NCBI GenBank assembly: GCA_951406725.2
Contig: OX597836.1
Coordinates: 22,568,001 to 22,632,000, forward strand
Direction: 5' to 3'
DNA from: Octopus vulgaris
Taxonomy: Eukaryota
Length of the DNA stretch: 64,000 nucleotides
The notes beneath the pieces were generated by a model. It saw nothing but the letters and a program-made list of their open reading frames with translations, did no database searches and had not been told where the DNA came from. A program made the position numbers and the translations under genes. Below are positions 1 to 12,734 of the stretch, piece after piece; position 1 is the first letter of the stretch; every line of letters starts with the position of its first letter.

Positions 1-183
1 GTATGTTTGTGTGTATGTATGTATGTATGTATGTATGTGTGTGTATGTATGTATATATGTATGTATGTACGTATGTGTATGTGTGTATGTATGTATGTAT
101 GTATGTATGTATGTTTGTATGTATGTATGTATGTATGTATGTATGTATGTATGTGTGTATGTATGTATGTATGTATGTATGTA
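1..183. repeat. (TATG)n/(TG)n compound microsatellite
   Basis: Visible tandem TATG units with TG interruptions. Confidence 0.97.
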
Positions 184-375
184 TAGAAAACAAGTTTTTT
201 TATTCCACACAGGTAGAAATATAGAAAAAAAGAGTTGCAAAATGCATTGGGATTTGTTTACAATTTTTTATTTTCGAATTTTCAAAGACTCAACCAGTTT
301 CATAGATTTCTCTGATTATTAAAAGTTCAGTTAGAAAGATACGAAGCTATGCCACAACTGTCTAGCTTTTGTGTG

Positions 376-1670
376 TACATACATTCATACATGCATGCAT
401 GCATGCATACATACATACATACATACATACATACATACATACATACAAACATACACACACACACATACATACACACACACATACATACATGCATACACAC
501 ATACATACACACACACATACATACATACATACATACACACATACATACATACATATATACATACATATATACATACATGCATACACATATACACACATAC
601 ATACACACATATATACATACATACACATGTACATACATACACACACATACATACATACATATATACATACACATACATAGATCCCTACGTATACACATAC
701 ATACATACATACATACATGCATACATACATACATACACACACACACATACATACACACATACATACATACATACACACACACATACATACATACATGCAT
801 ACACACATACATACATATATACATACATACATACATACATACAAACATACACACACACACATACATACACACACACATACATACATGCATACACACATAC
901 ATACACACACACATACATACATACATATACACACATACATACATATATACATACATATATACATACATGCATACACATATACACACATACATACACACAT
1001 ATATACATACATACACATGTACATACATACACACACATACATACATACATATATACATACACATACATAGATCCCTACGTATACACATACATACATACAT
1101 ACATACATACATACATGCATACATACATACACACACACACATACATACACACATACATACATACATACACACACACATACATACATACATGCATACACAC
1201 ACACATACATACATACATACATACATACATAAATACATACATACACACATACATACATATATACATACATATATACATACATGCATACACACATACACAC
1301 ACATACATACATACACACATATATACATACATACACATGTACATACATACATACACACACATACATACATACATATATACATACACATACATAGATCCCT
1401 ACGTATATACATACATACACAAAGCATGCATACATACATACACATATACATACATACACACATATATACATACATACACATGTACATACATACATACACA
1501 CACTTACATACATACATATATACATACACATACATAGATCCCTACGTATATACATACATACATACACAAACATGCATACATACATACATACACATATACA
1601 TACATACACACATACATACACACGTACATACATACATACATACATATATACATGTATACACACAAACACA
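376..1670. repeat. (ACAT)n/(AC)n compound microsatellite with higher-order duplications
   Basis: Unique anchor AGATCCCTACGTATA recurs at about 679, 1069, 1393 and 1536 inside the ACAT field. Confidence 0.95.
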
Positions 1671-1754
1671 CAGAGATAAACATTGAGTAGGAAACTCTTG
1701 GCTCAATTGTGTTCAACTCTTATGATCTGTTTGTATTGGAGAAGAAAAGGAAAC

Positions 1755-2660
1755 AACACACACCACCACTACAACCACCACCACCAACTCCACCACTACC
1801 ACCACAACTACCATCACCACCACTACTACCACCACCAAAACAGCCATCATTTCCAACAATACCATTAATGAAATAGCTGTCGCCACCACCACCATCAGAG
1901 GAGCCATCATCATCATCATCAATAAGAATAAAATTGGAAACAGCAACTAAATGAATAAACAAGTGAGGAAGTTGCTGCTGCTGGTGATGGTGGAGAAAGT
2001 TAAGATGGTGATGATGGTGGAGGTGTTGGCAATGGTGGTGGGAGTTAAGATGGGGACACTGCCTGTTGAAGGAATTTTGCATATTGATGATGTAGATGAT
2101 GGGGGTGATGATAATGTTACAGAGGGTGGGGGGATGTTTTATTACGATGATGATGATGGTGATTGTGGGATGGAGTAGTGATGACAGTGTCAAAGGTGGT
2201 GGTGGTGGTGGTGGTGGTGATGATGATGGTGGTGGTGGTGGTGGTGGTGGTGGTGGTGGTGGTGATGATGATGATGATGATGATAATGGTGGTGATGAAG
2301 GAGGTAAAAAAGGGAAAAAAGCCACAGGTGCCGAAATGGAATAAAAATCTCTTTTAAAAAAGAAGAAAAATGTTGCTGATGTAGATTAGGGAGAGATAAA
2401 AGATGAAGGAACCAGGAAAGAAAGAACTGTGTAGAGAACAAGAACAACAATAGCAACACTATCCCATGATGATGATGATGATGATGAGGAGGAGGAGGAG
2501 GAGGGGGAGAAACAGGAAGAAATGAAAGTGGAAGAGGAGGAGGAAGGGAGGAAGAGGGGAAGGGGAGGAGAAGGAAAGGAGGAGGAATGAGAGAGAGGGA
2601 AGTGAAGGTAATAATGTTGTTAGATGTGCAAACCTATGAGAGAGAGAGAGAGAGTGGGTG
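1755..2660. repeat. Mosaic of trinucleotide repeats (CAC, GGT, GAT, GAG) and purine-rich low complexity
   Basis: Directly visible; the ORFs here are poly-H/G/V/M artefacts. Confidence 0.9.
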
Positions 2661-3079
2661 GGTGGGTTTGGGTGAGGGGTAGGAACTCTCCAAGGGTGAA
2701 CTGTATCAAATGTCGGGGGGGGGGGAATCTCACCCCACCCACTGTTCCGCAAACCCCATACAGTCCACAACTGGGTCAACATATGTTGTTGATGTTTATA
2801 TTATTGGTTTAGGGGTCATTGGTAGAGATTTTGAACAGAACACAAGGGGTTAGGTCAGAAGTAGAAAGGCATACATACACACACACACACACACACACAA
2901 ACTAAGACACACGTGTATGCATGCATGAGTGTGTGTGTGTGTGTGTGTGTGCGTGTGTGTATGTGCATGTGTGTGTGTGTGTGTGTGTGTACAAATGAAA
3001 TGAAAACGAACTAAGAGAAATAATAGGGGCATGAATTTGAACCACATAGACAAATACAAGAATACAAGTATATCAAATA

Positions 3080-4230
3080 CCATACAACATAAATTGTTGA
3101 TTTATTAAAATTATCCATGCTTCCAGAGGATGTGTCACATTTACCAAATGGCACTTAAAACCAGCTCCACATGGGAAGGGGAGATAATCTCCAAATTCAA
3201 GAATTCTACAAAACTTACATGTCATTAGGGACAAGGATGGCCTTATTGTTTTTGCTGATCTTGGGAAAGTCTCATCCCCCTTCTGTATTGAGACTCCATC
3301 GGACATACTGCAGCATGCCTTTGCTGATCTTGAGAAAGTCTCATCTTCTTTCTCTGTTGAGACTCTCGCCTTTGGTTTTCTACAATCCTCCTTGCTTTAT
3401 TCTTGTTTCTGGAGAGATTACATCTTTTCTTTAGTAGCATATTTTTTCAATATTGTGGATAAAAAATTATGAACATAGAAAACATTATTCATTAATCTCT
3501 ATTTTTGTAAGCAGTTGTATGTCTTTATTTTTGTATGCAGTGTAAATTAACCAAAGATAAGTAAATTAACCAAATAGAAGCACATGCTAATTTAACAGTA
3601 AATGCCACAATAATTATTATAGATAAATTTCTTAATATATACACGTTAAGCACATGTATTAAATGTTAATTTAAGGGTTAATATGTAACTGTAAATACCT
3701 TGCAACTGCTGTGATATTTATTAACTGGTAATTGGACAGTAAATGTGTATTTTTATATACCTTGGACCTGCCACCTAACTGCTTTTTGTCAACAGCTTCA
3801 CCTCCAGCCACTTGTTATGTCAGTCAACACATACACTGACACACCATTCCACTGTCATGGCCATAAAGACAGAAAGTTGCCGATGCATAATGTTGTTCCT
3901 ATTAGGATATAAATTATTCATTTATTTCAAATATAACAGAAATAAGATGATCTTAATGTTATCACTTTAGAATTAAAAGTGAAACAATATTATCTTTTGA
4001 TATGTAATACCGAACCAGTCTAAAAGATTGCTCCGAGCCCACATTAGGCAAGAAGTTGAACATTTTTTTGGCCCATGACACTCCATGGACCCTAAGTAAT
4101 GCATGTGTGAAATTCAAATGAAATCAGTTGGGTACTTCTTGAGTTTTATGGATTCACACATACAGACAGACAGATCAACAGACAGACCAACAGACACACA
4201 GACACACAGTCTCAGTTTTATATATACAGA
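3080..4230 (-). mobile_element. Helitron 5' portion (decayed) including the N-terminus of a Rep/helicase ORF
   Basis: Minus strand starts A|TCTGTATATATATAAAA, followed by (GTCT)n and AACTGATTTCATTTGAATTT, typical of animal Helitron 5' ends. ORF 3440-3243 MLLKKRCNLSRNKNKARR has 23-codon ESQ..MRLSQDQQ repeats, then a CKFC...C motif in another frame. Confidence 0.65.
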
Positions 4231-4316
4231 TTAAGGCAGATGTTAAACGATGATGACGACGACGATGATGATGATGATGATGATGATAATATATATATAT
4301 ACATATATATACATAC

Positions 4317-5455
4317 GAAGAATGGCTAATAAGGGCTGTACAGGCTCTATACAGAGAGGCTGTTAGCAAGGTTAGGATTGGCAACGAATATAGTGAAGAA
4401 TTCCGAGTAGAAGTAGGTGTGCACCAGGGCTCAGCCCTCAGTCCCCTTTTGTTCATCATAGTCCTTCAAGCAATAACAGAGGAATTCAAAACGGGATGCC
4501 CCTGGGAGCTCCTCTATGCCGATGACCTAGCTCTCATAGCAGAATCACTACCGGAACTAGAAGAGAAATTTCGGGTATGGAAGCAAGGGTTGGAATCAAA
4601 GGGCCTTAGAATAAATGTAGCAAAGACCAAAGTATTAGTAAGCAGCAAGAGGTACTCAACACACATCCCCTCGGGTAGGTGGCCCTGCTCAACCTGTAGG
4701 AAAGGTACAGGTAGAAACTCCATAAGATGCACCCAATGTAAGTTATGGACACATAAGAGGTGCAGCAACATTAAAGGAAATTAACAGATAAGATAGCTTA
4801 CATGTGCGGCAGATGCACAGGGACAATAGACACAACAGACACTCAGAAAACAGATTCCATCACACTCCAGGGAGAGAAACTAGAAGTAGTTGATAGTTAC
4901 CGCTACCTGGGTGACCAAGTTAGTAGCGGAGGTGGATGCACAGAGAGTATCACCACTAGAATACGAATAGCCTGGGCAAAGTTCAGAAAGCTCCTACCCC
5001 TACTGGCAACAAAAGGCCTCTCCCTCAGAGCAAAAGGTAGATTATATGATGCATGTGTGCGAACTGCCATGCTTCACGGTAATGAAACATGGGCTGTGAC
5101 TGCAGAAGACATGCGTAGACTTGAAAGAAATGAAGCTAGCATGATCCGCTGGATGTGTAGTGTCAGTGTGTACGCAAAACAGAGTGTAAGTATCCTGAGA
5201 GAAATGCTGGATATAAGAAGCATCAGATGTGGTGTGCAAGAGCGATGCTTGCGATGGTATGGTCATGTGCTGCGGATGGATGAAGAGAGATGTGTGAAGA
5301 AGTGCCACTCCCAAACAGTTGAAGGTATCAGGGGGAGAGGTAGACCCAGGAAGACATGGGATGAGGTGGTCAAGCATGACCTCAGAGCATTGGGCCTCAC
5401 TGAGGCAATGGCGAAGGACCGAGATCTCTGGAGATATGCTGTGACTACAAAGACC
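4317..5455 (+). pseudogene. Reverse transcriptase pseudo-ORF of the RTE element
   Basis: ORFs 4419-4784 and 4802-5521 join across a frameshift into a continuous RT plus C-terminal region. Confidence 0.9.
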
Positions 5456-5482
5456 CGGGCTGCTTTCTGCAGCAATTCCACA

Positions 5483-5602
5483 TACCCCCTACCCATTCTA
5501 AGTACCCCCTACCCATTCTAAGTACCCCGGATCCCCAAAGTACCCCGGATCCCCAAAGTACCCTGGATCCCCAAAATACCCCGATCCCCAAAGTACCCCG
5601 GA
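5483..5602. repeat. 20-bp (x2) and 18-bp (x4-5) C-rich minisatellite in the RTE 3' UTR
   Basis: TACCCCCTACCCATTCTAAG x2, then TACCCCGGATCCCCAAAG x4+. Confidence 0.9.
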
Positions 5603-5850
5603 CCTCGTTGCCCCCGTGCCGCTGACACGTTAAAATGCTCGAATCCGATCGTGACGATGCCGGACCCTCCGGCCCCTGTGCAGGTGGCACGTAAAAAGCA
5701 CCCAATCCACTCACGGAGTGGTTGGCGTTAGGAAGGGCATCCAGCCGTAGAAACTCTGCCAGATTCAGACTGGAGCCTGGAGCGGCCCCTGGCTTCCCAG
5801 ACCCGGTCAAACCGTCCAACCCGTGCTAGCGCGGAAAGCGGACGTTAAAC

Positions 5851-5883
<33 letters not shown>

Positions 5884-6091
5884 ACATACATATATATATA
5901 TATATAAAACAGGGTTATTAGTGAAGGATTGTCAATTTGGGCAAATTACTTTATAAGCTGTCCATTAGTACATCAGGCTAACAGTATTGTTAAGATTGAT
6001 AAAGAACTCCAGGTATTCTTATAGCAGGGTCGAAGGTTATAGGTCATCATCATTCTGTATTGTAAATTCATGGGTGTGTTCCAGTTGTACT

Positions 6092-6555
6092 CTCTTTTAT
6101 TCTTTTACTTGTTTCAGCCATTTGACCGTGGCCGTGCTGGAGCACCGCCTTTAGTTGCACAAATCGACCCCAGGACTTACTCTTTGTAAGCCTAGTACTT
6201 ATTATATCGGTCTCTTTTGCCGAACCACTAAGTTATGGGGATGTAAACACACCAGCATCGGTTGTCAAGCGATGTTGGGGGTACAAACACAGGCACACAA
6301 ACATACACACACACACACACATATATAGAGGCGGCGTGCTGGCAGACACGTTAGCGCACCGGGCGAAATGCTTAGCAGTTTTTCGTCTGTCGTTACGTTC
6401 TGAGTTCAAATTCCGCCGAGGTCGACTTTGCCTTTCATCCTTTCGGGGTCGATAAATAAAGTACCAGTTTCGCACTGGGGTCGATGTAATCGACTTAATC
6501 CGTTTGTCTGTCCTTGTTTGTCCCCTCTATGTTTAGCCCCTTGTGGGCAATAAAG

Positions 6556-6595
<40 letters not shown>

Positions 6596-6769
6596 ATATA
6601 CATATATACGATGGCGTTCTTTCAGTTTCCGTCTACCAAATCCACTCACAAGGCTTTGGTTGGCCCGAGGCAATAGTAGAAGACACTTGCCCAAGGTGCC
6701 ACACAGTGGGACTGAACCCGGAACCATGTGGTTCGTAAGCAAACTTCTTACCACACAGCCACTCCTACA
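6092..6769 (-). mobile_element. tRNA-derived SINE-A, interrupted by SINE-B
   Basis: Head with A-box TGGCTGTGTGG and B-box GGTTCAGTCCC, CORE-like CCTTGGGCAAGTG, internal microsatellite, tail ...GAAACAAGTAAAAGA; many homologous copies in the window. Confidence 0.9.
6329..6560 (+). mobile_element. tRNA-derived SINE-B inserted in the internal microsatellite of SINE-A
   Basis: GGCGGCG..TGGCAGA..GTTAGC head, GAGTTCAAATTCC B-box, tail GCCCCTTGTGGG..TAAAGAAATA. Confidence 0.9.
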
Positions 6770-8539
6770 CTGCTTTCTTTTGTTTTTGTTTTTTTACAAG
6801 GCATAAAGAATGGTCATTGTAAATGTCTTTAAAATTGCTAAATTTGGCTTACAGCTGTTTCCAGTAGTCATCATGAGTTTGTTATTGATTGGTTTACTCA
6901 ATGTGGCCATTGATTGGTTGAGAAAACTTGAACGACCTAGAAAATTAATGCTACTTTCGTCAGTCATTTCTGCTTATAACCAAGCACCAGCTATGAAACT
7001 ACAATAAATAAATATGTAATGAAGATTGTTTGTGCTTTGTTGTGTGTGTGTGTGTGTATGTGTAGTAGTTGCATCACTGTTTACATTGTCATTGCTGGGG
7101 ATCAATGATCCTTACACAAAACCCCATTCATTTCCTCAGCCTCTCTTTCCAATGAATGGGACCAGTGGGTCCCAAGTTCTCTTTCAACCTGATGTATTAT
7201 CAGGACCGTCTCCTTTAACCTTCAGTACTTCAAAGTACTTCAAAGTACTTCAAAGTCATTGATAGCCAATGAGAAGGGCTGAAACTTTTGAGTTGTCCTT
7301 CTCATAATCAGACGGGTCTTTTAGTCTTCTGAATTCACTGAACCAAGACTGTATGTATGGCCTGGTCAGTCAGTGAGAATTACTGTGTCAAAGGTACATC
7401 GGTCCATAGAATAATTGGTCGCTCACAACACTAATTCCATGAAGTGGTGGTCTGGTTATCAAACAAATAGACATTCATCTTACAAAGAGAGTTGTATGCA
7501 ACAACAACAACAACAGAAGCGGCAATGACAACAACAACAACAACAACAGCAGCAATAATTACATCATCAATAACAGTAGCAGCAGTAGTGGTTCCACAAT
7601 AATAATTGCAGTAACAACAACAATAGTCGGTGAGACAATGTTAATTGGAAGTGAAAGAGTAAAGGAAATAAATATTACTGTGGGGGGAAGAGATGGGGGT
7701 GAGGTGGAGAAAAAGAAGAAGGGAGAGAGAAAGAGAGAGAAGGTAAGAGAGGATGACAGAGACAGAGAGAATGACAGAGAGAGACTAAGAAAGACAGAGA
7801 GTGAATGAGAGAAACGGAGATAGGGGAAAACAGATAAAGAGAGAGGCAAGAGTAAGAATGAGTGAAAGTGAGAGATTATTAGGAAAAGTAGAAAGGTAGA
7901 TAGATTAATAAGCTAGTGAGAGAGAAGGAGAGAGAGAGGTAGAGAAGGAGAAAGGGAGGGGGAGAAAGAGGTAGAAAAGTAAAGGAATGTGGGTAGGTAG
8001 AGAGAGAGAGAGAGTGTGTTTCCCAACTTGTATGTATACACACACATACACACATACATACACATACACACACACACATACACACACATACACACACACA
8101 CATACACATACACACACACATACACACACACATACACACACACATACACACACACACACACACACACTCACGCACACACACGTATTTGCGTGTTGCGTGT
8201 GCACATGCATATCTCTATGCAACTGTATACACCTGTGTTTGCTCCGGCGTAGATGTGCATTTGTACATCATGGTTCGCGTGTGCACGCTCACACAAGGAG
8301 GTAGGAATAGAATATTAATCGCAACTAATCAGTGAGGCTTCGTTATTTTGAAATCTAAATAATTGGTTTTTAATTTGAGATGCCCATTTTAAGATATTTG
8401 TTTATTTATTTATTGTGTTGACGTGTATATTTAATCACACATGCACACATATATGCATGTATATTTGTATACCATGCTTACATATGTGTATACACACTTC
8501 ACAAACAGATCTATATGTATATAGATGTCTATGTATATG

Positions 8540-8797
8540 TCATCTCTTGTGAAGGGTAGGAGAGTCCAGTTTGCTGGACATTGTTGTAGAGCTGAAAAAG
8601 AAGTAATTTCTACTCTTCTCCTCTGGAAGCCATCTACTCGCAACACCAGAGGGCGCACACTCTCCTACCCTGATGTAATCTCCAGGGATACAGGCATCCA
8701 GCAACAGGACCTCCGTAATGCTATGATGGACCGTGAAGTCTGGCGCAACATGGTAAATTCCATTGTCTCGACCACGGTCGAACAATGATGATGATGT
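8540..8797 (+). mobile_element. 3' end fragment of a second RTE-like LINE family
   Basis: RRVQFAGHCCR...LLLWKP..TRGR...AMMDREVWR C-terminal motifs, with the stop running into a (TGA)n tail. Confidence 0.8.
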
Positions 8798-8849
8798 ATA
8801 TACCTAGATATACATGCACAAGTATTTATCTATAAAACTATACATAAAT

Positions 8850-8898
8850 ACATCTATCTATCTATCTATAGATCTATCTATCAATCTATCTATCTGTG

Positions 8899-8931
<33 letters not shown>

Positions 8932-9126
8932 TAATCTGTGTGTCTGTCTGTCTGACTATGTGTCTGGCTATCTATCTGTCTGTCTATCTATCTATCTATC
9001 TGTCTGTCTGTCTGTCTATCTGTATGTATGTATGTATGTATGTATGTATGTATGTCTATCTATTTGCCTGTTAGCCTGTCTATCTATCTATTTGTCTGTC
9101 TGTCTATCTATCTATCTATCTATCTA

Positions 9127-9190
<64 letters not shown>

Positions 9191-9200
9191 TCTATCTATT
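8850..9200. repeat. (TCTA)n/(TCTG)n/(TATG)n microsatellite block
   Basis: Directly visible. Confidence 0.95.
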
Positions 9201-10324
9201 TTTATATACACATACACACACTCACACACACATACACATGCATTATATTGTCTCTGTATATGCGTGTGTTTGTGTGCGTGTGTGTGTGTGTGCGTGTGTG
9301 TGCGTGCTCCAAAGATGAAGAGAGAAGGATGTTGGATTTCCTGCTATGCTATCTCCCTCTCCTCTGCATCACCCCACCTCACCCCAGCCATAGCCACACT
9401 CCATTACCCAACTGCCACCCCAACCTCCACACTGCACCTCCTCTACCCCCAACCCCACCATCACCCCCAACTCCGCCGGCAGCCAGCATTGCATGTGTGC
9501 GTGTAGGGGGTATTCACAAACAGCAGTGGTAATGATAGTGATAGTGGTCATGATGATGATGATGATGATAGTGATGATGATGATGACGATGATGATGGTG
9601 ATGGTGGTGTTGATGAAGATGATGAGGATGGTCATGATAATTATGATGTATTTATATGACTGCCTTGTTGCATTCATTTTATAAAATAACACACACACAT
9701 ATACACACATATATATATATACATACTAACATAAACACATACACACATGTGTGCACCTCTCTTTCTCACTCTACACACACACATACATTCGCATTCATAC
9801 ATACACACATACATGCATCCCTCCATGCATATACATGCGCAAGTTTCAGAAAAACACAAAATATAAACAATAACAAAAAAACTTTCAATCAATTATGATT
9901 GTTATGATTGTTCAAAATTGCCAATTGTGTTTATAATTGAAAAGCCAAATAGCTTTATATATACACACGTACAAGTATGATGTATGAGTGTGCCTCATAT
10001 ATGTTTGCATATATATATCATTATATATACATAACTGATGATGATGATGATGATGATGATGATGACAATGTATATATATGTATATATATGCATGCATGTA
10101 TATTCAAACATATATATTCATATATACATACATATACATGTATACACATACATATACCATTATATATGTATATGTATATGCTTACACATATATCCATATA
10201 CATACATATGTATACATACATGCATATTCAATATCCATATGTATATGTCTATACACAGACATATATTCATATATATCCTATATATATATGTGTGTGTGTG
10301 TGTATATATATATAAATCATTAGT

Positions 10325-10402
<78 letters not shown>
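10325..10402. repeat. (TAGA)n microsatellite
   Basis: Perfect GATA/TAGA run. Confidence 0.97.
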
Positions 10403-10438
10403 CAGTTAAAAATACAAGAGTGTTAGTTACAGCACATA

Positions 10439-10795
10439 CAGCTCAATTTGGAATGAATATTTGCATATTCCTTCTTAATGTGTCTAAGTTGGTTCAGACA
10501 CAAAATATGTTAAATGCTGTAGTGTATCTCACAGGAGAATAACTGCTTTTTTTATGGCAATACACAATTGGCCCATTGATGCAGATGATTCTAGGACACT
10601 GGTGTATCAAGAAATTGTGTCTCATTAGCCAGAAGTACCCCAGACCTTTTAGCCTGTCCAAGCTTCTGGCCTTTGTTTATGTTTTCAGCACACAAATTAT
10701 TTGCTGATCAGTGCCTATATCTACCAACCAATCAAAAATCGTTATTTGCACCCTATGAAGTATAAGTATGCAAATATTCATTCCAGATTTCACTG
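10439..10795. mobile_element. Tc1/pogo-type MITE (about 29-bp TIRs, TA TSD)
   Basis: TA|CAGCTCAATTTGGAATGAATATTTGCATA ... TATGCAAATATTCATTCCAGATTTCACTG|TA. Confidence 0.75.
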
Positions 10796-10979
10796 TACAT
10801 GGTGCAAATAACCATTGTCCCAGAATCCTGAGCACCAATTAGCTAGAGTGTGTATAACACACTCCTGTCATTAAAGGGAGAAGTTATATTCCTATGACAT
10901 ACACTACATTGACTAGCATATTTTGCAATTGAACCTTTATATATATATATATATATATATATAAATCAAAATCGAATCA

Positions 10980-11455
10980 AATTCGATGACTGGCATCTAT
11001 GCTAGCGGAGCAATAAGAGCACCATCCGAGCATGATCGCTGCCAGACCCCCTCACTGGCTTCTGTGCCAGTGGCACATAAAAACCACCATTCCAGTCTGA
11101 CTGTTACCAGCATCGCCTTACTGGCACTTGTGCTGGTGGCACGTGAAAAAACATTTGAGTGAGATTGTTGCCAGTGCCGCTGGACTGGCTCCTGTGCAGG
11201 TGGCATGTAAAAAACATCATTTGAGTGTGGTCATTGCCAGTACCACCTAACTGGCCCTCATGCTAGTGTCACATAAAAGCACCCACTACACTCTCAGAGT
11301 GCTTGGCGTTAGGAAGGGCATCCAGCTGTAGAAACTCTGCCAGATCAGATTGGAGGCTGGTGCAGCCATCTGGTTCGCCAGTCCTCAGTCAAATTGTCCA
11401 ACCCATGCTTGCATGGAAAGTGGACGTTAAACGATGATGATGATGATGATGATGA
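10980..11455 (+). mobile_element. RTE 3' UTR fragment with about 60-bp internal subrepeats and (GAT)n tail
   Basis: Homologous to 5620-5883; repeated GCCAG..GGCACGTAAAAA units. Confidence 0.85.
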
Positions 11456-12435
11456 TATATATATATAATCTAAGGTCTTGGTAGGATATAAAGATAGGGT
11501 ATTTCCAATGAAGCACTCAATCCTAGTTCTGGCTTATCAACACAGTCAGATTCCAGACTAATACTAAAATTCTTCAGATCTTGGTAGCAAGGCAGTAAAA
11601 CCATTGTGTAGGTTTAGGGACTAGTAAAATATTATCCCAATAATAAGAGAAAGAATACAGAGCAGTACTTAGCAGTTCAGCAAAACAGACCAATAGATTA
11701 TGTACAAGACTTAAAACAAGTACAGGAGTCAATTTGTTCAACTAAACCATTTAATGTGGTGCCCCAGCATGGCCACAGTCCAGTGAATGAAAGATGTAAA
11801 AATGTGAAAGAACAGTGTATCTAGAACAAAAATATTTGATGTATGCCTCCCACCCTCACTCCACAAATGATACACTAGGATTTAGAGGAGATTTGGCAGC
11901 TATTTCTAGTAGATCAGGCAATCAGATAAAGGTTGGTTGCATGAATGATTGCCTGTACAAAACGAAAGTAAAGAGTTATACCATCTGCATAGGGTGACGT
12001 GGGGTGACTAGACATAAGCAGCAAGTTTATGTCATTATTTGATGTACAGATTGAAAAATAGTGGAGACATAACATAACCTTGGTGTACACTATGGTTGAT
12101 AGGAGATGGGAGGGAGAGAGAGAAGCAAAGACAACACACATGGCCATGGGATGGTCCGACAGGAAACTCTTGATCTGAAATATGGGATGTGGATGAGTGG
12201 ATGGCATGAAGAGTGGGCATATTAATTAGTAAGGTGGTGTGTGTACCATCCTTAACATCATTTTATGTAGATTTTACTATGCTTGAATGATTTTATATAT
12301 ATATATATATTTATATACACACATTTACAGAGAGAGAGAGATCTTCTATAGAGATACTTGTCTTCTACAAATTATTAATTTAGAAATTTTCCCCGTTTCC
12401 TGACCCCTGCTGAAAAGCTAATTATCTTTCCTTGT

Positions 12436-12491
<56 letters not shown>

Positions 12492-12638
12492 AATATATAT
12501 ATATGTGTGTGTGTGTATGTGTAAATATATGTATGTGTGTTCATGTGTGCATATATGTGTGTGTGTCCATGTGTGTGTGAGTTGGTATGACACAAGAAGG
12601 TAAGTTTACCTTTTTTTTGCACATAGATACACACACAA

Positions 12639-12669
<31 letters not shown>

Positions 12670-12683
12670 CACGCACACACGCA

Positions 12684-12734
<51 letters not shown>

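Larger units (their letters stand above)
4317..5883 (+). mobile_element. 5'-truncated RTE-clade non-LTR retrotransposon (RT, C-terminus, 3' UTR, (GAT)n tail)
   Basis: HQGSALSPLLF, LLYADD, KTKV, YRYLG, LRWYGHVLR, RGRGRPRKTW and DRDLWR motifs; one frameshift near 4780; ends ...GGACGTTAAAC(GAT)n. Confidence 0.95.

Noticed and set aside
1-1716. Long ORFs of up to 445 aa (MYVC/HTYI repeats)
   Set aside because: Translations of stop-free TATG/ACAT microsatellites; the same applies to most ORFs in the track
5483-5602. Interstitial telomeric repeat
   Set aside because: The units are 18-20 bp and not TTAGGG
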